Shown here in pieces: positions 10,107 to 19,515 of a stretch of DNA of 64,000 nucleotides. The DNA comes from Promethearchaeota archaeon (GTDB lineage Archaea > Asgardarchaeota > Lokiarchaeia > Sigyniarchaeales > SOKP01). How positions within the stretch are numbered: the stretch's first letter is position 1; each line of letters starts with the position of its first letter. The position numbers and the translations under genes were made by a program. The DNA lies in the NCBI GenBank assembly GCA_048939015.1, contig JBHLPW010000007.1, positions 31,389 to 95,388 on the forward strand, written 5' to 3'. The notes beneath the pieces are model-generated. The model worked only from the letters and a program-made list of their open reading frames with translations. It had not been told where the DNA came from and did no database searches.

Positions 10107-10874
10107 TTAATTGTTGAAAGAACCATGTTTCCCTTTACCTTGAGAAAATGCTTTGCTCCCTTCCAAGTATTCTCCACTCGCAATAGTTTTTAATCCCAAT
10201 TCAAACTCATTCGCCATAGCATCTACTAAATTCATGCCAAACTGCTGATAAGAAGATAATCTATCATTTCTCATACAGGTTTGGGGAAAATTAGCGATAT
10301 CTCTCGCCAACTTTTCAGCTTCTTCTCTTGATCGTCCATTAGGGACTACTCGATTTGCTAAACCCCAAGAGAGAGCTTCATTTGCAGTCACAGGCCTTCC
10401 GGTAAGAATCATGTCCAAAGCTCTACTTAAACCTATTAATCTTGGAAGTCTAATAGTGCCTCCATCGATAAGAGGAACCCCAAAACGTCTGCAAAATACC
10501 CCAAATATTGCATTTTCTTCAATTACTCTCAAATCGCACCATATTGCAAGTTCAAGACCACCTGCTACTGCGTATCCTGCTACAGCTGCAATTACTGGCT
10601 TTGATAAAATCATCCTTGAAGGACCCATAGGCCCATCCCCTTCCGCATTTATTCGATTCTCTTCCCCAGCAACAATTGCTCTCAAATTTGCTCCAGAGCA
10701 AAAAGTCCCATTAGTACCCCATAATACAGCAACTAGAGCACCATCATCTTTTTCAAATTCTCTGAAGGCATCAGCTAATTCTTTTGCCGTTGGTCCATCT
10801 ACTGCATTTTTCACTTCAGGATTATCAATGATAATTGTATAAATTGGATAGTTTTTTTCTACTTTAATTGACAT
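10107..10874 (-). CDS. Enoyl-CoA hydratase/isomerase (crotonase superfamily)
   Basis: 255 aa. It has the oxyanion-hole blocks FCSGANL and IAAVAGYAVAGGLELAIWCDLRV. Confidence 0.85.
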   Translation of the reverse strand: MSIKVEKNYPIYTIIIDNPEVKNAVDGPTAKELADAFREFEKDDGALVAVLWGTNGTFCSGANLRAIVAGEENRINAEGDGPMGPSRMILSKPVIAAVAGYAVAGGLELAIWCDLRVIEENAIFGVFCRRFGVPLIDGGTIRLPRLIGLSRALDMILTGRPVTANEALSWGLANRVVPNGRSREEAEKLARDIANFPQTCMRNDRLSSYQQFGMNLVDAMANEFELGLKTIASGEYLEGSKAFSQGKGKHGSFNN

Positions 10875-10992
10875 AAAAAAGGATAATACTAGAAATTTTA
10901 AAATTCTAGCTAATTATAATCCAAATTTATAAATACTTAGATGAAAAATAAATAATTTATAATTAAAACAATATATTTATACTGAATTTATA

Positions 10993-11382
10993 ATGCCTGA
11001 AAAAATTACTGGAGAAAGTTTTAAACCAAAAGCCCTTAAAGAAGCTGAGGAATATTTTAAAAATGTACATATGGCTCAAGAACAACATGTAATATTTAAT
11101 GATTTAGTAAAAATTGTTTTGAAATATATACATATGGATGAATTAGCTGCAAAAGGTATTGGTTGGCGATCAGTCAGTAGATGGCAGTTAAAGCATAAAA
11201 GAGATCTTTTTGGATTGGTAAATGAAACACCAGAAGAGAGAATTAAGTCTGTCGATCAATTATTTGAGATAGTCAAGGAAGAATTAATTAAAATTTTAGA
11301 AGATCCTAGTGAGAAATCTTTGGTTAATAAAGCAATAGGAGATATGATGGAATTTTACAAAAAAGAATATGCTTATCGGTAA
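10993..11382 (+). CDS. Hypothetical protein (129 aa, soluble, helical)
   Basis: Clean ATG ORF in an otherwise non-coding interval. No recognisable motif. Confidence 0.45.
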   Translation: MPEKITGESFKPKALKEAEEYFKNVHMAQEQHVIFNDLVKIVLKYIHMDELAAKGIGWRSVSRWQLKHKRDLFGLVNETPEERIKSVDQLFEIVKEELIKILEDPSEKSLVNKAIGDMMEFYKKEYAYR

Positions 11383-11479
11383 CTAAAATCGATAAAAATT
11401 GATTTATCATTTTAACTTTATTAAATTGTAGTACTTTTTTTAATAAAACGGATTAAATCAAATATTACTCCCGCTTTAA

Positions 11480-11503
11480 TTTTGAATGATCGTTCATTCA
11501 AAA
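11480..11503. repeat. Perfect 10-bp inverted repeat with a 4-nt spacer (TTTTGAATGA-TCGT-TCATTCAAAA)
   Basis: Read directly in the 335-bp intergenic region, about 100 nt after the 129-aa ORF and about 215 nt before the NMO-like gene. Confidence 0.6.
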
Positions 11504-11717
11504 TTTTAAAATAATTTAAAAAAATTCTGTAACCTTTTAAGCTCGCTAATAAAACTCATATTAAAAATAAGATTTATAATAATATTGGCGAGAGGATTAA
11601 ACTTATATAGGATGCTGAGAATTCAACCTAATATCTATTAAATTAAATATCTATTGGATTGAATAGATGTTCATTTAGTAAAAATTGAATAAAATTGAAT
11701 AAAAATGGTCAGAGGAT

Positions 11718-12743
11718 ATGGTTATAAAAACTAACATAACTGAAATGCTAGGGATTAAGCATCCTATAGTAGCTGCTCCTATGGGACCCTTCTACACAAC
11801 AAAACTAACTATTGCTGTGTCAGAAGCAGGTGGTTTAGGGGTTCTAAGTCATGTAACATTAAGTGAAGGAGTAACTGTCAACCAGTTGAAAGAAAGTATG
11901 AAAACTGTTGTTGAGTACACTGATAAGCCTTTTGGACTAAATATTAGAACAGCAGCATTACAACCTGATGCAATTAAACTATGTAGGCAAATTCCAAGAT
12001 TTATTTTGGATAATCCAAAAATCAAAGACCAATGTACTTATTTAATAACAAGTGCAGGATCACCGAAAATTTTATATAACAAATACTTTAAGGCTCTAAA
12101 ACAAAGTTCAAATATCAAGAATTTTCATGTAGTACCTTCATTAAAACTAGCGAAAAAAGTAATAAATATTGGTGTTGATGGAATTGTTGCAACTGGACAT
12201 GAAGGTGGAGGGCACCAATCCTATGAGAATGCAAGTACATTGATTCTTTTACAGCAATTAAAACAAGAATTTCCAGAAATTCCTATGATTGCTTGTGGTG
12301 GCTATGCAACTGGAGAAGGATTAGCTTCTGCCTTAGCTATGGGTGCTGGGGCAATTGCAATGGGAACAAGACTTATTGCCTCAAAAGAATGCGATTTTCA
12401 TGAAAATTATAAAAATGAGGTTAAAAATGCCAATGTATCCGATACAAAAATGATAACAGGTGTTTTTGGACCTGCTAGAGTATTGAATAATAATTATGCA
12501 GAAACTGCGACTACTGTTTTGAATAAAACAGAAAAGAGAGCTGAAGAAACTTCGATATCTATAATAAGAGATAGTGTAATAAAATTAGAAAAAGCATATA
12601 AGGGAGATATTGAAAATGGTATCATTCTCTTAGGACAAAGTTGTGGGTTAGTAGAGGAAATTGAAAGTGTATCAGATATTATTAATTCAATAGTCAAAAG
12701 TGCTGAAAAATGTTTAAAGAATGCATATTGTATGGTAAATTAA
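11718..12743 (+). CDS. FMN-dependent NMO/FabK-like enoyl reductase (nitronate monooxygenase family)
   Basis: 341 aa. It has GIKHPIVAAPMG, GHEGGGH and MGAGAIAMGTRL blocks. It is a paralog of 55009-55983 with the same N-terminus. Confidence 0.8.
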   Translation: MVIKTNITEMLGIKHPIVAAPMGPFYTTKLTIAVSEAGGLGVLSHVTLSEGVTVNQLKESMKTVVEYTDKPFGLNIRTAALQPDAIKLCRQIPRFILDNPKIKDQCTYLITSAGSPKILYNKYFKALKQSSNIKNFHVVPSLKLAKKVINIGVDGIVATGHEGGGHQSYENASTLILLQQLKQEFPEIPMIACGGYATGEGLASALAMGAGAIAMGTRLIASKECDFHENYKNEVKNANVSDTKMITGVFGPARVLNNNYAETATTVLNKTEKRAEETSISIIRDSVIKLEKAYKGDIENGIILLGQSCGLVEEIESVSDIINSIVKSAEKCLKNAYCMVN

Positions 12744-12768
12744 GTTAAGATATTAGGGAATTTTAATA

Positions 12769-13008
12769 ATGACTGAAACAGAAATTAGTTCTATATTTGA
12801 AATAACTGATATCGCAGAAATAAATAGTTTGAGCTTAAATGAGTATGGAACTTCTATAAATAATTATTTTGGTGATAAACAAAACTCAGACCTTTACAAG
12901 CGATATTATGAATGGTTTGATCACTCTAAATTTGAAAAAATTAATACTACTTTCTTGAAGGAATTTAATAAATCATTTCAAGATTTTTTTCAAAAATTTG
13001 AAATTTAA
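12769..13008 (+). CDS. Hypothetical small protein (79 aa)
   Basis: ATG ORF 25 nt after the preceding gene. No motif recognised. Confidence 0.35.
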   Translation: MTETEISSIFEITDIAEINSLSLNEYGTSINNYFGDKQNSDLYKRYYEWFDHSKFEKINTTFLKEFNKSFQDFFQKFEI

Positions 13009-13037
13009 TTAGATAAAACAGAAAATTAAGAAAAAAG

Positions 13038-14306
13038 TTATTTAAAATTTATTATCTTTTCCTTAAGTTTGTTTATTTCATTAAGATATATATTTGAAGC
13101 AATAAATGATTGTTCGCTTTCTTCTTTTTTCTCTAAAATCTCAACTTTTAATTTAAAAGCGTTTAAAAGAATTTCTGAATCAACATTTTCAGTTGCATTA
13201 ATAAGTACGTCAATTATATGAAGGGCAAACTGCAATTTTTCTTTCTCAAATAGCTTTTTAGCTCGTAGATAATAATTCTTAGCATCGGAAATTTTTAAGA
13301 ATTCGTTAGCAATTTCACAATTTTTCGCTGGAAAAAGATCTGTGGGGTTTCCGGTATCATACCATCCATGATATAATCTATAAACGGCATGAATCGCAAA
13401 CCTATAGCAACCATACACTTGTGCTAAGATTTCGTGATTAAATTTATCGGGAAATATTTCAAGCATTTCATGATATATCTGTTCAAACCATTTGCCTTGA
13501 TTTAATCGTTTTACAACTTCATCATGAACAAAATTTAAAACTTCGGCTGTTATTGAAAGAATTTCTTTTATTTTTGCTTTACCTTCAATGAGGGGACCTT
13601 GACCAGGAACTAAATACTCTGGTTCTTTTTCAATCATTTTTTCTAATGCTTGAGCCCAATCTTTAGGGTATCTTTGAACTTTATATGGATTTCCTACATT
13701 TGGGAAAACAGAAATTATGAAATCTCCCGTGAAAAGAACCTTCTCTTCAGGAACAAACATCCAAATTTGATCATCAGTTTCTCCTTTATTATGGTATAAT
13801 TCAAAAGTGTATTCTCCCAATTTGAAGGTATAATTTTCATTTCCATGAAGTAGTATTGTGGGATTAAGAGTCTCTTTAGCAGAGTCATATTGTTTATTTT
13901 TACCTAATACAGAACCGAATTGTTGATCATGAAGCCAATTCAAATATTTGTCTAACATCCGATATTTTTCAAAACGAACAATTAAGTTCTCATGGGCAAT
14001 TATTTGGGGTATCTCCCAGCCTTTGTCTTTAATTTCTTCAATGAAAGGTAAGTATCCAAAACAATGATCAAAATGTCCATGAGAATATATTATGTATTTA
14101 ATGGGCTTATCAGTGATCTCCCTTAGTGCTTTAAAAACTTTTGGACCATTTAATTTTGAGGATATATCGAATAAAACTAAACCTTCACTTGTTTCAATAA
14201 CTCCCATGTTTGAAAAAGCACTAATTTTATGGAATTTGCCATTAGCAAAAGCTTTAGGAGGATATAAACCAAAAAGTAACTTCCTCTGTTCTTCTGTCAT
14301 TTTCAT
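13038..14306 (-). CDS. Metallo-beta-lactamase-fold hydrolase, alkyl/aryl-sulfatase-like (no SCP2 tail)
   Basis: It has the HxHxDH motif (YSHGHFDHCFG), followed by a long helical C-terminal domain like the dimerisation domain of SdsA1-type sulfatases. I prefer the ATG at 14306; the track starts at GTG 14315. Confidence 0.6.
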   Translation of the reverse strand: MKMTEEQRKLLFGLYPPKAFANGKFHKISAFSNMGVIETSEGLVLFDISSKLNGPKVFKALREITDKPIKYIIYSHGHFDHCFGYLPFIEEIKDKGWEIPQIIAHENLIVRFEKYRMLDKYLNWLHDQQFGSVLGKNKQYDSAKETLNPTILLHGNENYTFKLGEYTFELYHNKGETDDQIWMFVPEEKVLFTGDFIISVFPNVGNPYKVQRYPKDWAQALEKMIEKEPEYLVPGQGPLIEGKAKIKEILSITAEVLNFVHDEVVKRLNQGKWFEQIYHEMLEIFPDKFNHEILAQVYGCYRFAIHAVYRLYHGWYDTGNPTDLFPAKNCEIANEFLKISDAKNYYLRAKKLFEKEKLQFALHIIDVLINATENVDSEILLNAFKLKVEILEKKEESEQSFIASNIYLNEINKLKEKIINFK

Positions 14307-14380
14307 ACTAATCACTCATATTCAGTTTAACGACTATTAGTTTTTTTGAATTTTAGAAGATTTAACCGAAAAATCTTAAC

Positions 14381-15490
14381 TCAATTAATAAATTCAAGGC
14401 AAAACTTAATTGCTGGAATTATATGATATGCAATCCCTAAAATATGTGGACTTAAGCTTATCTTAGGAGTATCATAAAGCTCATATTGATGTGGTATTTT
14501 GAATTCATTTAGAGTTTCATGAATTTGTTTTGTTGCAATTGCTGAACCCATTTCATCATTTTGAGCACAATTAATCATTAGATGAACTTCTTTTAATGCT
14601 TCTGGACATTTTTTAATCAAATTATTTATATTATACCTCATCCAATTATTTAGCGAATCCTGGTTTAAATTTTTTATTTTCCCGTTTTCATCACGCTTAA
14701 TTGAGGGTAATAAAGGATTATCTTTTGAAAAAATGAGGTCACATGTATCTAAGATGTCTGCCCATGTTTTCTTACCCATTGTTTTTGAGATTTTCTCACC
14801 AAAAAGAAACTTGTTTAAAGGCACAATAAGCTGCCAATCTATTAATTCAGGAACTAAATTCCCCGGACTTAAAGCGACAACTGCAGTAAACTTTTCGGGG
14901 TAAGAAAGACATAACCTCAATGCTCCAGCACCCCCCATAGAACCGCCTAAAATGGTACGATGCTCTTTATCAGGAATCGTCCTGTAAGAGGAATCTACAT
15001 ATTCCAAAATGTCCTGAGCAATATAATCCATATAATTTCCTGAGAAGGGAGAATTAATATAAAAACTTCCTTTTGTTGCGGGCTCGCCACGTAAATTTTT
15101 AGTATTGTTGATATTAAAAATATGGAGACTTGCATCCGGTTGAACCAATATGAACGGTTTCAATTCTCCACTTTCAATTAATTCATCTAACTTCTCATAA
15201 GTAATCAAATTATCAATATCAATTTTGTCTAATACTTTTTTTGGAATGCGATCCAATGGGATAACTCTATCATTCTCATTAATAGATGTGATTGTCCAAT
15301 TATGGTTATTTCCACCATATCCATGTAAAAAATAAAGTACTGGATATCTTGAATCTCTTGATTCAAAATAATTTGGGGGTAAATAAATGCGCAAATCGCG
15401 ATTTACTGGGCTATTAAGTGGATTGTCTTCTAAACTTTTTGCTCGAATATTATCGATAATATATCTTCTATTTTGCTGTTCATTGAACAT
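14381..15490 (-). CDS. Esterase-D/CE1-type serine esterase
   Basis: 369 aa. It has VLYFLHGYGGNNHNW and the nucleophile elbow GGSMGGAGAL, plus a C-terminal acidic/His region. Confidence 0.7.
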   Translation of the reverse strand: MFNEQQNRRYIIDNIRAKSLEDNPLNSPVNRDLRIYLPPNYFESRDSRYPVLYFLHGYGGNNHNWTITSINENDRVIPLDRIPKKVLDKIDIDNLITYEKLDELIESGELKPFILVQPDASLHIFNINNTKNLRGEPATKGSFYINSPFSGNYMDYIAQDILEYVDSSYRTIPDKEHRTILGGSMGGAGALRLCLSYPEKFTAVVALSPGNLVPELIDWQLIVPLNKFLFGEKISKTMGKKTWADILDTCDLIFSKDNPLLPSIKRDENGKIKNLNQDSLNNWMRYNINNLIKKCPEALKEVHLMINCAQNDEMGSAIATKQIHETLNEFKIPHQYELYDTPKISLSPHILGIAYHIIPAIKFCLEFIN

Positions 15491-15545
15491 GAGAAATCAT
15501 TATTTTATTAATCCAATTACAATAATCTCAAAATAAAATGTTAAT

Positions 15546-16988
15546 TTATAATCCAAGTTCCTTTAATTTTTCTGTATTTTTAAGCGCATCTTCTTTCCTT
15601 ATAGTGTACATCAGAGTGAATACAATCATTCCTATGAGCATTATAAAGAATGGAATTAAACTAATTTGAATCAGTAATCCTGTATATCCCGACCATGTAA
15701 TAAGCTCGTTGGACTTAAAACCAGTAAAGAGCGATACTATTGCAAAAATTAAGGTTTGGAGTGCATAGGAATAAGCTGTAAAAATCCTTAAGATTCCATA
15801 ATAAGTACCTTCTTCTCGTTTACCCGATTTAACAACCGCATTATCAATTGCTTCAGCACCTATATAAATTCCACTAACAATTACACCACCATAACTCAGC
15901 CCTCCAAAGACACAAAATACATTCAAGAAAGCAACTGGTAATATAACTATAGAGAATAGCAATAGGAAAAACAAACTAAATAAAATTAAACTTAAAATTC
16001 CACTCTTTCTAGCTCCATACTTCTTTACTAAGGGTATAAAAAGTAAAGATCCCACAAAAGTCATTATTAGAACGATTAATTGTGGAAGTATCGCCTTAAA
16101 TGAATCTATTTCATAACGAAGTCCGTCATATAAGAAAAAGGGTATTCCGTTTAAAAAGCAGATTCCAGCGATTGAGTATAATGTGAACATAATAACATAG
16201 GCCATCCAATTTTTATCTGTAAAAATTCTAATAAGACTTTCTTTAATTGCAGAAAAACTTTTCCTTGCTTGATCTAATTGCACTCTGAATGCACGAATCT
16301 CTTTATTTTCATAAGCCCCATAAGAGAATGGAATTAACATTATGTAAAATATAATTGTACCTATTATTGCAGTGCCTAAATATGCATTGGGATCATCCTT
16401 TCCACCCAATTTTCCTAATATTATTGGAATAAGAATTGCAGGGATTATAATTTGGTAAATGATACTTATAATCTGACTTGCTCTTATACTCTTACTGCGC
16501 TCATTTTGAGTTCTGAATAAGTCTGGAAACAGAGCAGATTGATTTATCTCAGCTGTCGTTCCAAAAGTCTCAAAAATGCACATCATTACTGTTATCCAGA
16601 CAATTGAAAGCACTATATTACCTGGATCATTTAAGACAACAGATATTTGGATAAAACAAAAAATCAAGAATATTGGCTGAAAAATTCGACCTAAAACTAT
16701 CCAAGGAAATCTTTTTCCATATTTTTCAGTAAATCTAGTTGAGCGATCAGCAAAATAACCTAATATTGGGTCGTTAAATGCATCAACTGTCGAATATATA
16801 AGATATATCATGAAAATAGTAATCTGAGGAATTAATATAATATGGGCAGCAAAGTATTGTATTCTACCCCACAAGTTTGTCATGATTAATCCAACAGGTC
16901 CTCCCACTGCCCATGCCCAATATTTTACTTCCTTATGAGGAGTTCTAAATAGTAAATTTGTATCGTTCATCTCGTCAGATTGTGCCAT
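15546..16988 (-). CDS. GPH-family cation symporter (second copy)
   Basis: 480 aa, 12 TM. The block DAFNDPILGYFADRS...GKRFPWIVLG matches the GPH signature. Confidence 0.7.
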   Translation of the reverse strand: MAQSDEMNDTNLLFRTPHKEVKYWAWAVGGPVGLIMTNLWGRIQYFAAHIILIPQITIFMIYLIYSTVDAFNDPILGYFADRSTRFTEKYGKRFPWIVLGRIFQPIFLIFCFIQISVVLNDPGNIVLSIVWITVMMCIFETFGTTAEINQSALFPDLFRTQNERSKSIRASQIISIIYQIIIPAILIPIILGKLGGKDDPNAYLGTAIIGTIIFYIMLIPFSYGAYENKEIRAFRVQLDQARKSFSAIKESLIRIFTDKNWMAYVIMFTLYSIAGICFLNGIPFFLYDGLRYEIDSFKAILPQLIVLIMTFVGSLLFIPLVKKYGARKSGILSLILFSLFFLLLFSIVILPVAFLNVFCVFGGLSYGGVIVSGIYIGAEAIDNAVVKSGKREEGTYYGILRIFTAYSYALQTLIFAIVSLFTGFKSNELITWSGYTGLLIQISLIPFFIMLIGMIVFTLMYTIRKEDALKNTEKLKELGL

Positions 16989-17192
16989 TTTTAATCATTT
17001 TTAAAAAGTATTTAGGTTTAATAAATAACATTTAACTAAACATATATAAAAAGAATTCTAAGTTTTAACTAAATTTAATTTATAATTAGATCCAAATTTA
17101 TATAGTGAAATTCCTTTCTCAATCGAATTTCTGGTAAAATTTGGGACTATGATAGTTAGTTCAAACTTTAAAAAATAAGAGATTTAAGAAAT

Positions 17193-18281
17193 TTATTTTT
17201 GATTTTTTAAATATTCATGCATCTCGACTAAAGTACTTGTTCTTATTAGAGCAGCTTTAAGAAATTGGAATCCTATATCGTAAGTTGATCCATCTCCTCC
17301 AATATGAATAAGATATGGCACTTTTCCTTCAAATAAGCCTTTTGCTTTACGTATTTTATAGGCTGTGCTTATCGCATCTGCCACCGTTGCACCAGACTCG
17401 AATAAATGATGAACCCAGGGAACGCGCCAAGAACTTACATTATCCTTTGAGGTTGAAACCTCTGAACATGATGTATTATTTACATAGATTATATTGTCAC
17501 CCGCAACTTTAGTTGCAGCTGTAGCCATTTGATTCAATACCATCCCTGCTCCACATCCAGGGCATAATCCATGACCGGGATGCAAGTGATTTTGTGGTTC
17601 TAATTCTTTTCGATTGATACGATAAATATCGACAGGTTTCTCTGCTCCAAATTGTTCAATCAATCCTTTTAATTTTCGATTTCTTTGTTCTGTATAATAT
17701 ATTATTTCATCAATTTCCTTTTCCATGAATTTTGGTTTAAATAGGTGTCTAAAACGTCCCATTGATTTCAAATATTCAACAAATTTATCTTTATCAATAT
17801 CTAATCCTCTATAATATGAGAAAGTAGGAACTCCATCCTTTACTCGAATTGTATATAATGGCCAATAGCCACAATCAGTTGCTAATTTAGAAATATTAAC
17901 CGAATCTTCTGCCGCATGTCTCCAGCCTCTCATACAATCAGAATAGGATTGAAGAAAAGAAGAACCATTTGTTTTTAAGGCTTCCATAACTTTTCCCATA
18001 AAATCATTTGGATAAGCAGGATTCAATGTTGCTAAAAAAAGTGAATTTGAACCGTAAAAAGCAAAAGGAGTAACCAAATCTTGTTTCACTCCAACTTTTC
18101 CAGGTATTTTTTCTCCAGCGGGTCCAGTTGTAGTAGATGCATGAGGTGGCGTTCCACCACTTTCTTGTATACCAGTATTCATAAATGCCTCATTATCATA
18201 ATTGAAGAACAATACATTAGATTTTCCTTCTTTTGAAAGTAAATCCGCCATTTTTATTATATTCCTTTCTGGTTGTGACAT
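17193..18281 (-). CDS. 2-oxoacid:ferredoxin oxidoreductase beta (TPP-binding) subunit, circularly permuted
   Basis: All beta-subunit blocks are present, but the canonical C-terminal half comes first: YDNEAFMNTGIQ res 28-39, CMRGW..GYWPLY res 116-143, EYLKSMGRFRHL res 169-180. The canonical N-terminal half comes last: HPGHGLCPGCGAG res 234-246, IGGDGSTYDIGFQ res 327-339. The start is coupled to the alpha stop (TAAGATG). Confidence 0.8.
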   Translation of the reverse strand: MSQPERNIIKMADLLSKEGKSNVLFFNYDNEAFMNTGIQESGGTPPHASTTTGPAGEKIPGKVGVKQDLVTPFAFYGSNSLFLATLNPAYPNDFMGKVMEALKTNGSSFLQSYSDCMRGWRHAAEDSVNISKLATDCGYWPLYTIRVKDGVPTFSYYRGLDIDKDKFVEYLKSMGRFRHLFKPKFMEKEIDEIIYYTEQRNRKLKGLIEQFGAEKPVDIYRINRKELEPQNHLHPGHGLCPGCGAGMVLNQMATAATKVAGDNIIYVNNTSCSEVSTSKDNVSSWRVPWVHHLFESGATVADAISTAYKIRKAKGLFEGKVPYLIHIGGDGSTYDIGFQFLKAALIRTSTLVEMHEYLKNQK

Positions 18282-18282
18282 C

Positions 18283-19512
18283 TTACCTATCTACCCCCAA
18301 AATTTTATCTTTTGATTCTCTTACTCCGAGATAAGAATAGAGTGGTCCCTTCATATCTGTTACAGATTCCATTTTCTTTTTTGCAACATCGAACTCATCC
18401 CTCGTAACATCTCGACCCCCTAAACCTACAATAAAACTTCTGAAGATTGTTCCAAGAGGATAGAGAGCTGAAGCAACTGTCATTGCAAATGGTGGTAAAA
18501 GACCATTTAAAGAATCTGATTTTTCAAATAGAATAAGTTTCTCGATATTATGTTCCTGTATTATTCTTTGTAATTCCTCATAAGGAAATGGCCTATAAGC
18601 GCGTATTTTAATTAAACCCACATCTTTATTTTTTGTCATCCAACTGATTATATTTCCACACATTGATCCCATTGTAAGAAATGCAGTTTTTGAAGAATTA
18701 TCAAGATTATAAGTTTCAATCAAATTGTATTGTCGACTAGTTGAGTTAGCAAATTCTTTAAAACAATTTTTCATTATTCCCAAGACAGGTTTTTTATCTT
18801 CTTCTAATCTTCTTCGACCTTCCATGAAATAATCTGGAGTCACAATTCCGCCCCAAGTTCCTGGATTTTTAGGATTAATATGATGTCTTGGCTTCTTTGG
18901 CGTTAACTTTCGAACTATCTCATCGGGAATGAGTGTTAAGTTCTGTACTGAGTGAGAAATTATGAATCCATCATGTACAAACATTGTTGGAAAGAGTGAG
19001 TCTTCTGAAATCATAACTGATAATATTGCGGCATCATAAGTCTCTTGTACATTCTCAGAAACGATACAGTTCCACCCTAATTCAGAGTTAGTCTGTACAT
19101 ATTCCCAGCTATTCCAGATTGATAAATTAGGAGAATTAAAAGCTCTGGCTGAAATCATCATTGTCAGTGGTACACGCCATCCTACTGCCATTGGTAATGC
19201 TTCAGTCATTAGTAAATAACCTTGTGACGCGGTAGCTGTAAATGTTCTAGCACCAGCAGCACATGCAGCTGTTGAGTAACTTATTGCTGCTAATTCAGAT
19301 TCAACATTTATAAATGCTGCTTTTAACCGTCCATGATGAACTACATCAGACAATCCTTCAACTGATTGGGTCTGAGGAGTTATCGGGAATGCACATATAA
19401 CATCTGGATCAGTCTGTGTTACGCCCCCTGCTACAGCATAATTTCCAATCATTGTTGTTTCGATTGGTTCTTTAATTTCCTTGAAAAAAATACGCATTGG
19501 TTCTACACTCAT
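18283..19512 (-). CDS. 2-oxoacid:ferredoxin oxidoreductase alpha subunit
   Basis: 409 aa. It has GNYAVAGGV...AFPITPQT..., SELAA and ATASQG blocks typical of PorA/VorA/KorA. Confidence 0.85.
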   Translation of the reverse strand: MSVEPMRIFFKEIKEPIETTMIGNYAVAGGVTQTDPDVICAFPITPQTQSVEGLSDVVHHGRLKAAFINVESELAAISYSTAACAAGARTFTATASQGYLLMTEALPMAVGWRVPLTMMISARAFNSPNLSIWNSWEYVQTNSELGWNCIVSENVQETYDAAILSVMISEDSLFPTMFVHDGFIISHSVQNLTLIPDEIVRKLTPKKPRHHINPKNPGTWGGIVTPDYFMEGRRRLEEDKKPVLGIMKNCFKEFANSTSRQYNLIETYNLDNSSKTAFLTMGSMCGNIISWMTKNKDVGLIKIRAYRPFPYEELQRIIQEHNIEKLILFEKSDSLNGLLPPFAMTVASALYPLGTIFRSFIVGLGGRDVTRDEFDVAKKKMESVTDMKGPLYSYLGVRESKDKILGVDR

Positions 19513-19515
19513 TAA

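Noticed and set aside
10411-10842. Long antisense ORFs lie inside well-supported genes. Examples are 10411-10842 opposite the crotonase, 38765-39376 opposite the alcohol dehydrogenase and 26071-26556 opposite the S8 protease. Others are 54011-54532 opposite the molybdoenzyme/ferredoxin genes, 4555-5034 opposite the hydrolase and 19835-20176 opposite the OFOR gamma-delta gene.
   Set aside because: Each lies fully within a gene on the other strand that carries unambiguous family motifs. Their translations are low-complexity or Ser/Pro/Ile-rich with no motifs. They look like shadow ORFs, so I did not call them.
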